Positions 15,688 to 24,835 of a stretch of 32,368 bases of DNA are shown here, piece after piece. The stretch lies in IMG/VR virus record IMGVR_UViG_3300037044_000221, positions 1 to 32,368 of that record. One strand, given 5' to 3'. Within the stretch, counting starts at the first letter, position 1; every line of letters starts with the position of its first letter. Position numbers and translations under genes: made by a program. This DNA comes from a virus (lineage: Duplodnaviria; Caudoviricetes). Under the pieces are notes generated by a model that made no database searches, was not told where the DNA came from, and was given only the letters and a program-made list of their open reading frames with translations.

Positions 15688-16128
15688 TTAGTACATTGAT
15701 TTATTGTCGGTGTTTCCAAAGCGAATAGTGTCGTACATCTCAGGGTTTTGCGAAGGGTCGGTACCACCCTCCTCAGGGTCGTCGATGCTAGGAATGCCCG
15801 GATCGCTTTTTCCGTCGCGCACATCCTTTAACCAAGCTATGGCAGCATCGTATCGCTCCTTTTTGGTTTCAAGGCCCATTCGGGGAGCAAGCATGGAGTA
15901 AAGATGGTAAAGGGTAAGATCTATTAGTATTAGAACTATATAATTATTCCTGGCATCACCAGTTTTTGCGAACTCCAGGTTAATTCTGTAGCGAACGCGC
16001 ATGTAGCTTCGCACCTCGTCCATTGCCATTTTAAGGGCACGCTCACGCTTACTAGCGTTCGAGCTGGTAACCACGTCAATGTCGTCCTGGTCGGCTAGCG
16101 TGGTAAAGTCGATTTCTTCTATATACAT
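15688..16128 (-). CDS. Head-tail adaptor (Mu gp36 / DUF1320)
   Basis: AMDEVRSYMRVRY, DLTLYHLY, ERYDAAIAWLKDVRDGK. Confidence 0.85.
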   Translation of the reverse strand: MYIEEIDFTTLADQDDIDVVTSSNASKRERALKMAMDEVRSYMRVRYRINLEFAKTGDARNNYIVLILIDLTLYHLYSMLAPRMGLETKKERYDAAIAWLKDVRDGKSDPGIPSIDDPEEGGTDPSQNPEMYDTIRFGNTDNKSMY

Positions 16129-16442
16129 GCTTCCTTATCTTTAGGTAGTAACTTGGTTATGTAAATGGCTTTTTCCTCAATTTCGCTGATTGTTGTGCCA
16201 CTTTTAAAGGTGCCTTTTGCTATCCACTTTTTAATTTGTTGCTTTGGCAAAACCCTAATCCTGCCCTTAAACCGAATGATGTAATAACGATAGCCGGTTA
16301 GCCGCCTAAGCTCTTCGGCCTTTTTTATAAGTTTACCAATTTTTCGGTTGTACAACTTAATTTTTAAGCCTACAAAAAAGTTCGAAATACCTTTAAAAAA
16401 TGCAACCAATGCGTTGCCTAAAATTCCATAATCTGCTTGCAT
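16119..16442 (-). CDS. Basic hypothetical protein
   Basis: TAATG coupling to TerL and overlap with gp36. Confidence 0.7.
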   Translation of the reverse strand: MQADYGILGNALVAFFKGISNFFVGLKIKLYNRKIGKLIKKAEELRRLTGYRYYIIRFKGRIRVLPKQQIKKWIAKGTFKSGTTISEIEEKAIYITKLLPKDKEACI

Positions 16443-17950
16443 TACCAGCGAGAGTTTATTTGTGAACGGCGCCCAATTACAGGGTTGAACGCCATGACCC
16501 TATCTAAGTGTACCAAATCGGAAATAGCTTGTTCGTCGGCATCGGGTGCATCGTCGTGCGTGCGATAGCCTGGTTCTATTCCCATAAGTTGCGCCATTCC
16601 AACCTGCATGTCGTTACTGGCTTTTTCGCGCTCGTTCCAGAAAATGCGTCCATTCTGGTAGTAAGGATGCATTCGCAAAAGCCTGTCGAGCTTTTTGCCC
16701 GTTGGGCTTTCCATTATTGCCAGGTTCAACTGTCGGCCCACTTCTTTTTCAACGTGTGCAATGGCTTCGCGCAATGGATCGTTCCAAAACTGGCTTTCAA
16801 CCCTCCAGTGTACAATTGCACTAGCCGGCAGGGCAATGTCGAATTCGTGCATCCACTTTATGGCATCGTTCATTTTGCACTGCCGAACAAACGATTTTAG
16901 CAGCCAAAACTTATGGTCCTTAAGCCCCCAAACCCGAACGGCATTGTAGTCGTTGTTACCGGAGTAACCGGGATCCCAACGGCCTATTATTATTTCGAAG
17001 CTGTCAATCCTATCGGGAGTGGCCCATTGTATCATTTCGGTGGTAAAAATTTTACCTTCAACAAAAGGTACGTTGTTATACTCCGCCTCAAGGGCAATTG
17101 TGCCAATTTCGTCTTCAACTTGGATGTAGTAATCCTTAGGGTACTTTTCGCGCCACCTGGGCAACCTTTCAGCACCTGGGCAGGCATCCACTTGGTGCAG
17201 CTTCCAATTCGGGTGGCGCTTACGTAGCTCCTCCTGAATGGTACGAGGCGCAAAGTTGTTGTTGGCATTTATAAACCGACGAACAGGGCCATCCATACTC
17301 GGAATAACAGCACGCTCGAGCCATTGAACTATTTCATCCTGTTTTCGAGGATTACGAACAGTGTCCTTGTCCTCAAGGTCGTCGGCTGTTATATAGTTAG
17401 GTCGTTGAGCCCCTTCGCGAAGCCCTCGGGTGTCCTGCCCAACGCCAATGGCTTTAGCAATAAATCGCTCCCGGCAGCTAAACCCACCCTTTGCCCATTG
17501 CCCAGGCGTAACCTGGTTGCCAAAGTCGTGGCGCAAGCGGTGGTTGTTGGCAAATTCGGCCTGCACGTCGTTAAGAAGAATTTCGGCTTTGTCCTCGTTG
17601 TTGCCAATGATAACCATATATACAGTTTCCCCATTAATCCACAGCCAAAGCGGAAGAATGGTGTTGCAAATAACCGATTTTGCCAAACCCCTTCCCCATC
17701 GCACAACAACCTTTGCCGTTGGCTTGGCCTTAACGTAGCGTGCTAGTGAAATGTGAAAGTCGGGAGCCTTTGCCGTTGCATAGTGAGGAAAATAGTGCTC
17801 CACAAAAAATGAGTAATCGGTTTTTGCTCTCGAAATTCTTTCGGATTTTTCGTTAGGCGTTTCGGAAAAGTTAACCCCCGTTGCATTTTGAACGTTCGCG
17901 CAGTGCTTGCGCCACGATTTTAGGGCCTGCAATTCGTTGTTGTAGCTCAT
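16442..17950 (-). CDS. terL: Terminase large subunit
   Basis: WGRGLAKS Walker A, RGLR..RPNYITADDLED, nuclease DPGYS and HDDAPDA. Confidence 0.9.
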   Translation of the reverse strand: MSYNNELQALKSWRKHCANVQNATGVNFSETPNEKSERISRAKTDYSFFVEHYFPHYATAKAPDFHISLARYVKAKPTAKVVVRWGRGLAKSVICNTILPLWLWINGETVYMVIIGNNEDKAEILLNDVQAEFANNHRLRHDFGNQVTPGQWAKGGFSCRERFIAKAIGVGQDTRGLREGAQRPNYITADDLEDKDTVRNPRKQDEIVQWLERAVIPSMDGPVRRFINANNNFAPRTIQEELRKRHPNWKLHQVDACPGAERLPRWREKYPKDYYIQVEDEIGTIALEAEYNNVPFVEGKIFTTEMIQWATPDRIDSFEIIIGRWDPGYSGNNDYNAVRVWGLKDHKFWLLKSFVRQCKMNDAIKWMHEFDIALPASAIVHWRVESQFWNDPLREAIAHVEKEVGRQLNLAIMESPTGKKLDRLLRMHPYYQNGRIFWNEREKASNDMQVGMAQLMGIEPGYRTHDDAPDADEQAISDLVHLDRVMAFNPVIGRRSQINSRW

Positions 17951-18420
17951 CGCCTAGCTTTTTCCTGAACGTATTGATCCTGGTATTTATTAATGGCCTT
18001 AAGAAGCTCCGATGTTATGTCCTTGTCGAGTCCTTGCCTAAGCGATAGCCACATATGGAAATCCTCAAAAACCTCAATGGCATCCACAACGTTGGCCTTC
18101 TTGTCGAGCCTTTCGATGGTAGACGATAGCTTGCTAAGCTTGTCGCCGAGGCCATCCAACGCATTCTCGTCGCCAGCTGCTTGGTTCTCGAGCATTTGGT
18201 CGATTACCTTAGAGATACTAACCAAAATTTTATTAACCACTTCGGGCCTTGTGATATTGCGGGCGGATCTTATGGCCTCCCAACCGCCATCCTTAACCCA
18301 TCGATTAACTGTTACCGGGCTTATGCTTAGCCTTTCGGCAATAACTTTTTGCAGGGTACCGGTAATGTAAAGCGTTTTTGCAACAGCTTTTAAGTCGTCT
18401 TTTGAATTTCTGGCCGCCAT
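17947..18420 (-). CDS. terS: Terminase small subunit (N-terminal HTH)
   Basis: AKTLYITGTLQKVIAERLSISPVTVNRWVKDGGW; ATGA overlap with TerL. Confidence 0.8.
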   Translation of the reverse strand: MAARNSKDDLKAVAKTLYITGTLQKVIAERLSISPVTVNRWVKDGGWEAIRSARNITRPEVVNKILVSISKVIDQMLENQAAGDENALDGLGDKLSKLSSTIERLDKKANVVDAIEVFEDFHMWLSLRQGLDKDITSELLKAINKYQDQYVQEKARR

Positions 18421-18602
18421 TATTCGTAATTATTTACAGCAAAGTAACCCCCTAAGGGTGTTATGTGAAAGTTTTAAGCCTTGCCTTGGATTAAGTGTTT
18501 TTAGGGTTGGACTAATGTTTTGCTGGACATCAGTTTAGGCTCAACTTTGCTTCGAATGATTGCGCGAAAAAACGCTTAACAACTAACGCTAAAACTATGT
18601 AA
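18421..18602. promoter_or_regulatory. Divergent late promoter region
   Basis: ACTTTGC on both strands facing outward (18445-18439 minus; 18544-18550 plus) with direct repeats TTGGA(T/C)TAA(G)TGTTTT at 18486 and 18507. Confidence 0.55.
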
Positions 18603-19550
18603 ATGCCACGGACAGTAACCATTTCAACATCGAAGCTGAATAGCTATGGCTTTAGAATGCTAACCGAGGGTGCCGATTTGAAGCAATTCGAAAAGAATCC
18701 CATTCTTTTATTTATGCACAACCGCCCGTGGCGAGGCACCCAGGATGAAATTCTTGCCCTAGGCAGAGTTGAGAACATTAGAATTGAAAACGATGCCATT
18801 TTAGGCGATTTGGTTTTCGACCAAAACGATCCATTTGCTAAAAAAATTGAGGCCAAATGGGATGCTGGTATTTATAAAATGGTATCGGCTGGTGCTACAC
18901 CCATTGAACTTAGCGACGACCCAAAGCATCTTTTACCTGGACAAACCAGGCGCACGGTTACCAAATGGAAACTCGAGGAGGTGTCGGTGGTTGACATAGC
19001 TGCCAACGACGATGCCATTGCGCTTAAGTCGCCTAAAGGCGATTACATCACACTAAAGGAAGGCGAATGCCCCGATTTTATACCAACAATCACCAATAAA
19101 AATGAGAAAAAAATGGAGAAAATCCTGTTAGCGCTTGGCCTTGGAAAAGATGCAACCGAGGATCAGGCCGTTGCTGCCATTCAGGCGCAACAATCCGAGC
19201 ATCAAACTTTAAAGTTAACCCTAAAGGCTGAAGGCGAAAAAGCCATCACCCTTGCCGTTGATTCGGCCATTCGCGAAAAGCGAATTAAAGAGGAGCAAAA
19301 AACCCACTTCCTTGAGCTTGGCGGCAAGGTTGGTATCGATTTGCTCAGCAAAACTCTTGAGAATATTGAGCCCGCCATTAAGCCTACCGAAATTATTGCT
19401 GGCAAAGGTGGCAAAGCTCCCATTAACCTTTCCGAAAAGAAGTGGGCAGATCTCACCGCTGAAGAGCGTGTTCACCTTCGTAACGAGGATAAGCCAAACT
19501 ACATCAAGCTGTTCAACGCTGAGTATGGCTATGATCCTAAAATGGACTAG
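18603..19550 (+). CDS. Prohead protease with C-terminal scaffold (internal start likely at ATG 19113)
   Basis: NPILLFMH, MVSAG, LEEVSVVDIAAN protease motifs; MEKILLALGLGKDATE scaffold-like half. Confidence 0.85.
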   Translation: MPRTVTISTSKLNSYGFRMLTEGADLKQFEKNPILLFMHNRPWRGTQDEILALGRVENIRIENDAILGDLVFDQNDPFAKKIEAKWDAGIYKMVSAGATPIELSDDPKHLLPGQTRRTVTKWKLEEVSVVDIAANDDAIALKSPKGDYITLKEGECPDFIPTITNKNEKKMEKILLALGLGKDATEDQAVAAIQAQQSEHQTLKLTLKAEGEKAITLAVDSAIREKRIKEEQKTHFLELGGKVGIDLLSKTLENIEPAIKPTEIIAGKGGKAPINLSEKKWADLTAEERVHLRNEDKPNYIKLFNAEYGYDPKMD

Positions 19551-19585
19551 TTAACCAATTTTAAAAACCAATTAATCCTTAAAAA

Positions 19586-20881
19586 ATGAAACTATTTAAA
19601 GTATCGAGTTTGTTAATCAGCCTAATTATTGGCCTGCTCATTGCGGGACCATTTGGCGCAATTGCCGGGGTGGGCTTTAGCCTTATTCCCAAGGGCGAAA
19701 CTGGGCTTATGGCCGACCTATTCCCAGAGGTATGGACAGGTGAAATGGTGAAGAAATTCCGCCACGACGATGCCGCTACCTTTTTAGCAAAGGTCCCAAG
19801 CTACGACCAGTATGCAATGAACGATGTAATTCACCTGGTGGACGTGGGAGCCGATCCCGACGTGTTGGTAAATAACACCACCTACCCAATCGACGTTCAG
19901 AACTTGGGTGACCAGGATATTGCCATTAGCCTTAATAAATTTCAAACCAAGGCCACGCGAGTTACCGACGATGAGCTGGATGCCATTACCTACGATAAAA
20001 TGGCAAGTGTACTCGAGCGCCACAGGGCTGTAATTACCGAGACTAAACACGACATGTCAATTCACGCCTTTGGGCCAGCAAGCAATACTGCAGCTACGCC
20101 AGTGGTAACCACAACCGGTGGAGCTGACGGAAGCCGAAGGATGCTAACCAGGAAAGATCTAATTGCCCTTAAAAAGAAGTTCGACGCGCAAAAAATACCC
20201 AATACAGGTAGAATACTAGTGCTTTGCAACGATCACGTAAACGACCTATTGCTTTTCGATCAGAATTTTGCCGAGCAGTACTACAACTATACTTCGGGCA
20301 AAATTGCCAATATGTACAGCTTTGAAGTGCATAGCTACCCAAATAACCCTTACTACGACGGTGTTCTTTTCACCAAGAAGGCATTTGGTTCGGTACCTGG
20401 CGACGAAGACTTTCAGGCATCGGTAGCATTCTATGCCCCACGTATGTTCAAAGCAGCTGGTACTACTAAAACATACATGAGCAAGGCAGCCGACAATCCC
20501 ACCACCCAGGAAAACTTAATGAACTTCAGGCACTATTTCATTGCACTTCCTAAAAAAGCCGAAGCCTATGGTGCCATTGTTAGCACATACGTTGACATAG
20601 CAACGCTTAGCGACAACACCAACATTAAGGATAAGTCTTCGGGTGCTGTTGTAACCGCCATTGGTGTTGAAACAATTACTGTTGTGGCAACAACTACTGC
20701 AGCTGGAATAATTGCAGCCGTTGAGCCTACCGATAGCAGCGTTCAAACCTATGCTGTAACCGCATCGAATGGTACTCCTAAAACAGGTGCAACTGCTCTT
20801 GTAACTGGCGATAAACTTGTGGTAACAGCCGAGAATGGCGTTCAAACGAATACTTACGCCATCACCGTTGCCGCTGGGTAA
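19586..20881 (+). CDS. Major capsid protein with hydrophobic N-terminal leader and C-terminal Ig/cadherin-like extension
   Basis: Follows the protease; EVWTGEMVKKF, DPDVLVNNTTYPI, IPNTGRILVL; tail VVTAENGVQTNTYAITV. Confidence 0.8.
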   Translation: MKLFKVSSLLISLIIGLLIAGPFGAIAGVGFSLIPKGETGLMADLFPEVWTGEMVKKFRHDDAATFLAKVPSYDQYAMNDVIHLVDVGADPDVLVNNTTYPIDVQNLGDQDIAISLNKFQTKATRVTDDELDAITYDKMASVLERHRAVITETKHDMSIHAFGPASNTAATPVVTTTGGADGSRRMLTRKDLIALKKKFDAQKIPNTGRILVLCNDHVNDLLLFDQNFAEQYYNYTSGKIANMYSFEVHSYPNNPYYDGVLFTKKAFGSVPGDEDFQASVAFYAPRMFKAAGTTKTYMSKAADNPTTQENLMNFRHYFIALPKKAEAYGAIVSTYVDIATLSDNTNIKDKSSGAVVTAIGVETITVVATTTAAGIIAAVEPTDSSVQTYAVTASNGTPKTGATALVTGDKLVVTAENGVQTNTYAITVAAG

Positions 20882-20904
20882 TAAATAGAATAAACAAACC
20901 AATT

Positions 20905-20932
20905 GGTTAGGCGGCCATATGGTCGCCTAACC
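20905..20932 (+). other. Strong hairpin after the capsid gene (mRNA stabiliser or weak terminator)
   Basis: GGTTAGGCGGCC-atat-GGTCGCCTAACC with no long U-tract. Confidence 0.55.
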
Positions 20933-20947
20933 TTAAAAAACCCACCA

Positions 20948-21415
20948 ATGAGCAAGAGCATTCAATACTTAATTATACACTGCACCGACACACCTCCAAA
21001 CAGGCCAGTTAGCAGCAACGACATTAAGCGTTGGCACACCTCACCTCCTCCAATGGGAAGGGGCTGGAAGCAAATAGGCTACCGGGGAATGTTTCACCAG
21101 GACGGAACCTATGAAAAGCTCATTGACTACAACATCGACGGCATTATTGATGCTTGGGAGATAACCAATGGCGTTGCAGGCATTAATGGAGTAAGTGCTC
21201 ACGTTGTTTATGTTGGAGGAAAAGCAGGCGACAGCCGAACTGCCGAACAAAAGGAGTCAATGCGCAGGTATGTTATCAATTTCATACAGCAGCAGCCAAA
21301 TGTAAAGGTTGCTGGGCATAACCAGTTCGACAAGAATAAGGCTTGCCCTTCATTTAACGTGCCGTTGTGGCTTAGATCCATAGGCGTTAACGAAAAAAAC
21401 ATTTACAATGGGTGA
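20948..21415 (+). CDS. Endolysin, N-acetylmuramoyl-L-alanine amidase (T7-lysozyme type); start re-called to ATG 20948
   Basis: IIHCTDT, GWKQIGY, GHNQF..KACPSF zinc ligands. Confidence 0.92.
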   Translation: MSKSIQYLIIHCTDTPPNRPVSSNDIKRWHTSPPPMGRGWKQIGYRGMFHQDGTYEKLIDYNIDGIIDAWEITNGVAGINGVSAHVVYVGGKAGDSRTAEQKESMRRYVINFIQQQPNVKVAGHNQFDKNKACPSFNVPLWLRSIGVNEKNIYNG

Positions 21416-21731
21416 AATAATTTTTGCAATTCTTAGCTCGGGTACCATTACTGGCCTTGTTGGATGGATTTTAGCCAGAAGGAAAAATATGGCAGATGCT
21501 CAAAAAAGTGAACTCGATGTTGTTGAGCAGGCCATTGGAATTTGGCGCGAAATGACAGAGGAGTTTAAAAAAGAGATTGACGCCCTAAGGGCTGAAAATG
21601 CACTCCTTCGCAAGGAAATAACAAACCTAAGGTGTACTAACCAAAAAATAGTTAAGGCCCTTGAGCGTATTAATGCCGAGAACTTGGATCAAGTTGTAAC
21701 CGAACTTAAAGCAAAATTAAATGAAGCTTAA
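21408..21731 (+). CDS. Putative holin (one TM plus coiled coil)
   Basis: N-terminal hydrophobic segment; lies between amidase and spanin. Confidence 0.55.
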   Translation: MGEIIFAILSSGTITGLVGWILARRKNMADAQKSELDVVEQAIGIWREMTEEFKKEIDALRAENALLRKEITNLRCTNQKIVKALERINAENLDQVVTELKAKLNEA

Positions 21732-22224
21732 AATTGCAATAATTATAGGGCTATTCCTTTTACTTTCTGGCTGCATTCGCAGACAAGTAATTGAGGTACC
21801 TGTAAAGGACTCAACTGCCATTATGGTGGTTAAGGAAATTGAGATAAAAGAGATTGCCCTACCTGCTGATAGTGCGGTTTTTGAAGCTCTTTTTAAATGC
21901 GACAGCTTGGGGCAGGCTTATTTGGCAGAACTGACCAACCTTCAAGGGGAGCGTGTAAAGCAAAGCGCCAGCATTAATGGCGGAAAAATAACCGTAAGAG
22001 CCAACGATAATGCAACTAAAAGGGTTGAGCGATATGCCCGAGACTCGACTTTTGCTCAAATAAAAGAGGTGCCAGTTTACATTGAGGTTCCTGTTACCAC
22101 CAACATACTTACCAGGCTACAAAAAGCTCAGGTTTATTTGGGCAGAATACTTTTACTACTTGTTGCAATTATTGCAGTAATTAAGTTTAACCCAATAAAA
22201 TTTCGAAATGCAGAAAAACATTAA
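21721..22224 (+). CDS. Putative unimolecular spanin
   Basis: Lipobox LLLSGC plus C-terminal TM ILLLLVAIIAVI. Confidence 0.7.
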   Translation: MKLKIAIIIGLFLLLSGCIRRQVIEVPVKDSTAIMVVKEIEIKEIALPADSAVFEALFKCDSLGQAYLAELTNLQGERVKQSASINGGKITVRANDNATKRVERYARDSTFAQIKEVPVYIEVPVTTNILTRLQKAQVYLGRILLLLVAIIAVIKFNPIKFRNAEKH

Positions 22225-22633
22225 AATTCAGGCGGCAAAGCTATTTGCAAAGAACCCAGGTTACAAGCAGCTATATGCCTTTGCCGACGGCAACATATTT
22301 TCCAACGAAAATTTTGCCAAATCGCACCAGCTGCACTCTAAAATGCAGTATGTAGTTTTTAGGCCAACTGATGTTTCGATAGTTGAGCCAGAAAAACCAA
22401 CGAAAACCGACAAAAAAAAGTCGGAGACAGCTTCACCATCAAATGGCCAAATTAAAACCATGGAGGATCAACTCCTTGAGATGGATTTAACAAAACCCGA
22501 TGGTAAGATGTATAAAACCTACAAGGCTCTTGCAGATGGCCTAGGAGTAAAGCGCGAAAACAACAAGTTGGAAACAATACTTGATTCGCTGGTTGAAGCA
22601 CAAAAAAAGCTTACCAATAAAAGCCAAGAATAA
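22208..22633 (+). CDS. Hypothetical protein upstream of the sheath
   Basis: Operon packing; TAATG coupling. Confidence 0.65.
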   Translation: MQKNIKIQAAKLFAKNPGYKQLYAFADGNIFSNENFAKSHQLHSKMQYVVFRPTDVSIVEPEKPTKTDKKKSETASPSNGQIKTMEDQLLEMDLTKPDGKMYKTYKALADGLGVKRENNKLETILDSLVEAQKKLTNKSQE

Positions 22634-23838
22634 TGGATAAACTACCTCAAGTTATTACAATTGTCACGGGCGGGAACCTGGGCAGGGCGTTGGCTAATGA
22701 GGACGGCGTTGCCGCTCTCATTGCCCACGCCGTAGCCAACGACGATTTTGCCCTTGGTGATGTCCTGGTATTAGGCGAACTTGCCCACGCCGAGGCGAAG
22801 GGAATAACCGCCGATTACGACGACACCAACTCAGTGCATCTGCATAGGCATATAGCAGACTTTTATCTCACTGCACCTTCGGGCTCGCCACTTTACGTTT
22901 TGCCAGTGGCAAAAACTGTTACTGTGGCTCAAATGGTGGCTAAGGCTGGTACCTTTGCTCCTAAGCTCCTCGAAGCAGCTAATGGCAAAATTAGGCTTCT
23001 GGCGATAACCAGCACCGATTCAACTTTTGCCAATGTTCTTGCAGCCATTCCCGATGCTCAAGATCTATACGATTGGGCATTCGATAACTTTATGCCCCTT
23101 TCCATACTTTTGGAAGGTCGCGATGCTCCTGCCGACTTATCGACGTTAGCAGATCTTCGCGACGTTGAAGGACCCGATAGCAATCGCGTTAGCGTTGTTA
23201 TGTGCAACGATGCCGCTATTACCACCGATTCCGATGGCGATGCCACTCTTTACGAAGGTTACGGCGCAGTAGGCTTAGCAATGGGAAGGCTTGCAGCCAT
23301 TCCAGTTCAGCGCAACATTGGAAGGGTAAAGGATGGCCGCTTGCCAATCACTAAGCCTGCGCTCTCCAATGGCGATTTAATTGACGACCTAAGCCTTGCA
23401 ACCCTCGATGGAATTAACGGCAAGGGTTACATTTTTATGCGCAACCACGTTGGTAAAGCCGGAGCGTTTTTCAACGGCGACCATACCACTTGCCCAATTA
23501 ACAGCGACTTTAGTTCGGTTGCACGGGGCAGGGTAATCGACAAGGCCGTTCGCATAGTTCGCCAGGTGTATGTGGAGGAGCTGCTCGACGATATTGACAT
23601 TGACCCTGACACTGGCCGTATGAGCGCCGATGTTATTACATCGTACCAACAGGCGTGCGACGGGGCAATATTGGTTAATATGCTTGCCAATGGCGAAGCC
23701 AGTGGTGCAAGAACCTATGTTGATCCTGCACAGGATGTCCTTACCACCGACAAGGTGAAAACTAAGCTTAAAATAGTTCCCAAGGGAACTGTTAAGCAAA
23801 TTGAAGTTGAACTTGGATTCGCAAAAACACTAGAGTAA
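22633..23838 (+). CDS. Tail sheath protein (DUF2586-like)
   Basis: GRLAAIPVQRNIGRVKDG, KGYIFMR, RVIDKAVR, IEVELGF. Confidence 0.85.
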   Translation: MDKLPQVITIVTGGNLGRALANEDGVAALIAHAVANDDFALGDVLVLGELAHAEAKGITADYDDTNSVHLHRHIADFYLTAPSGSPLYVLPVAKTVTVAQMVAKAGTFAPKLLEAANGKIRLLAITSTDSTFANVLAAIPDAQDLYDWAFDNFMPLSILLEGRDAPADLSTLADLRDVEGPDSNRVSVVMCNDAAITTDSDGDATLYEGYGAVGLAMGRLAAIPVQRNIGRVKDGRLPITKPALSNGDLIDDLSLATLDGINGKGYIFMRNHVGKAGAFFNGDHTTCPINSDFSSVARGRVIDKAVRIVRQVYVEELLDDIDIDPDTGRMSADVITSYQQACDGAILVNMLANGEASGARTYVDPAQDVLTTDKVKTKLKIVPKGTVKQIEVELGFAKTLE

Positions 23839-23839
23839 A

Positions 23840-24256
23840 ATGATAAACGGAACCGAATACGGGTTTGAGGATATTAAAATATCAACCCTTGGCCGAAGCC
23901 TGGTAGGTTTTACGGCCGTAAAGTACGGGGCAACCAAGGAGTACACGAATATTCACGCCAGGGGCAACCGCCCCGTAAAGCGAGGTCGAGGAAAAAAGGA
24001 TGCCACTCCTGCTAGTTTAACCCTTTTGCAAAGCGAGTTCGAAGCACTTCAGCGAAGCGCTCCACTTGGCACCGATCCAACCGACTGGGCACCTTTTGAC
24101 ATTACTGTTGTTTACGCACCTGTTGGCGGAATTATTACCCGCGACGTTGTGCCCACCTGCCAGGTTACCAGCTACGAAAAAGGAATGAGCACCGAGGATG
24201 GCCATATGACCATTGAGCTGGCTCTCATTACCGACATACCATTACTTAATGTTTAA
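23840..24256 (+). CDS. Tail tube protein
   Basis: MINGTEYGFEDI...GNRPVKRGRG; follows the sheath. Confidence 0.8.
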   Translation: MINGTEYGFEDIKISTLGRSLVGFTAVKYGATKEYTNIHARGNRPVKRGRGKKDATPASLTLLQSEFEALQRSAPLGTDPTDWAPFDITVVYAPVGGIITRDVVPTCQVTSYEKGMSTEDGHMTIELALITDIPLLNV

Positions 24257-24262
24257 CGGTGA

Positions 24263-24282
24263 GGCGGGGCTTTTGCCCCGCC
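24263..24282 (+). other. GC hairpin after the tail tube gene
   Basis: GGCGGGGC-tttt-GCCCCGCC with no downstream U-tract. Confidence 0.55.
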
Positions 24283-24314
24283 AAAACCACTAACCCAAAA
24301 AAAGCCCAATTCCC

Positions 24315-24641
24315 ATGTTTAAAAAAATCCCTTACGAACAAAACAATTTAACCGAACTCGCTGCCGAGCAGATTGAGGAGGCAAAGCGCCAGTTTGGCGA
24401 TGTTTACCACATTAAGGTAGACGAAATGCAGTGCTTTATACACAAGCCAACCAGGGCAGTTATCGACCTTGCCATTAGCAGCTCCGCAAAGCGAAGCAGC
24501 ATGTTCGACGAAACCATTTTGCGCAACTGCTGGCTTGCTGGCAACAAGGAGATGGTTGAAGTTGACGACTACTTTTTTGCGGCACGCGGGCAACTCGACG
24601 AGGTGATTAAGTTCAAGACCGCCGAGTTAAAAAAGTTATAG
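24315..24641 (+). CDS. Tail assembly chaperone (gpG analogue)
   Basis: Between tube and tape measure; ends in slippery TTA AAA AAG. Confidence 0.85.
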   Translation: MFKKIPYEQNNLTELAAEQIEEAKRQFGDVYHIKVDEMQCFIHKPTRAVIDLAISSSAKRSSMFDETILRNCWLAGNKEMVEVDDYFFAARGQLDEVIKFKTAELKKL

Positions 24642-24835
24642 CCGATTGGGAGGTTAATGCCGGTACCTCGCAAATTCGGCTAATTAACGCTCAGCTGCGA
24701 TACTACTTTAAGGTAGAGCCGGCAACCCTAACCGATAATGAATGGGCAATGATGTTCCAAGATTTGGTTTGGGTTCGCGATATGGAGAGGAAAAATGGTA
24801 TAGGCGAAAAAATTAAAAAAGCATTTGGGTTGTGA
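24629..24835 (+). CDS. -1 frameshift extension of the tail chaperone (gpGT analogue, ~173 aa total)
   Basis: A_AAA_AAG at 24629-24635; the -1 frame reads VIADWEVNAGTSQIRLINAQLRYYFKVEPATLTDNEW...AFGL*, with TGA overlapping the tape measure GTG. Confidence 0.85.
   Translation, partial: KKVIADWEVNAGTSQIRLINAQLRYYFKVEPATLTDNEWAMMFQDLVWVRDMERKNGIGEKIKKAFGL

Noticed and set aside
20903-20947. TTG-started extension of the amidase
   Set aside because: Coincides with the intergenic hairpin; ATG 20948 fits the amidase N-terminus.
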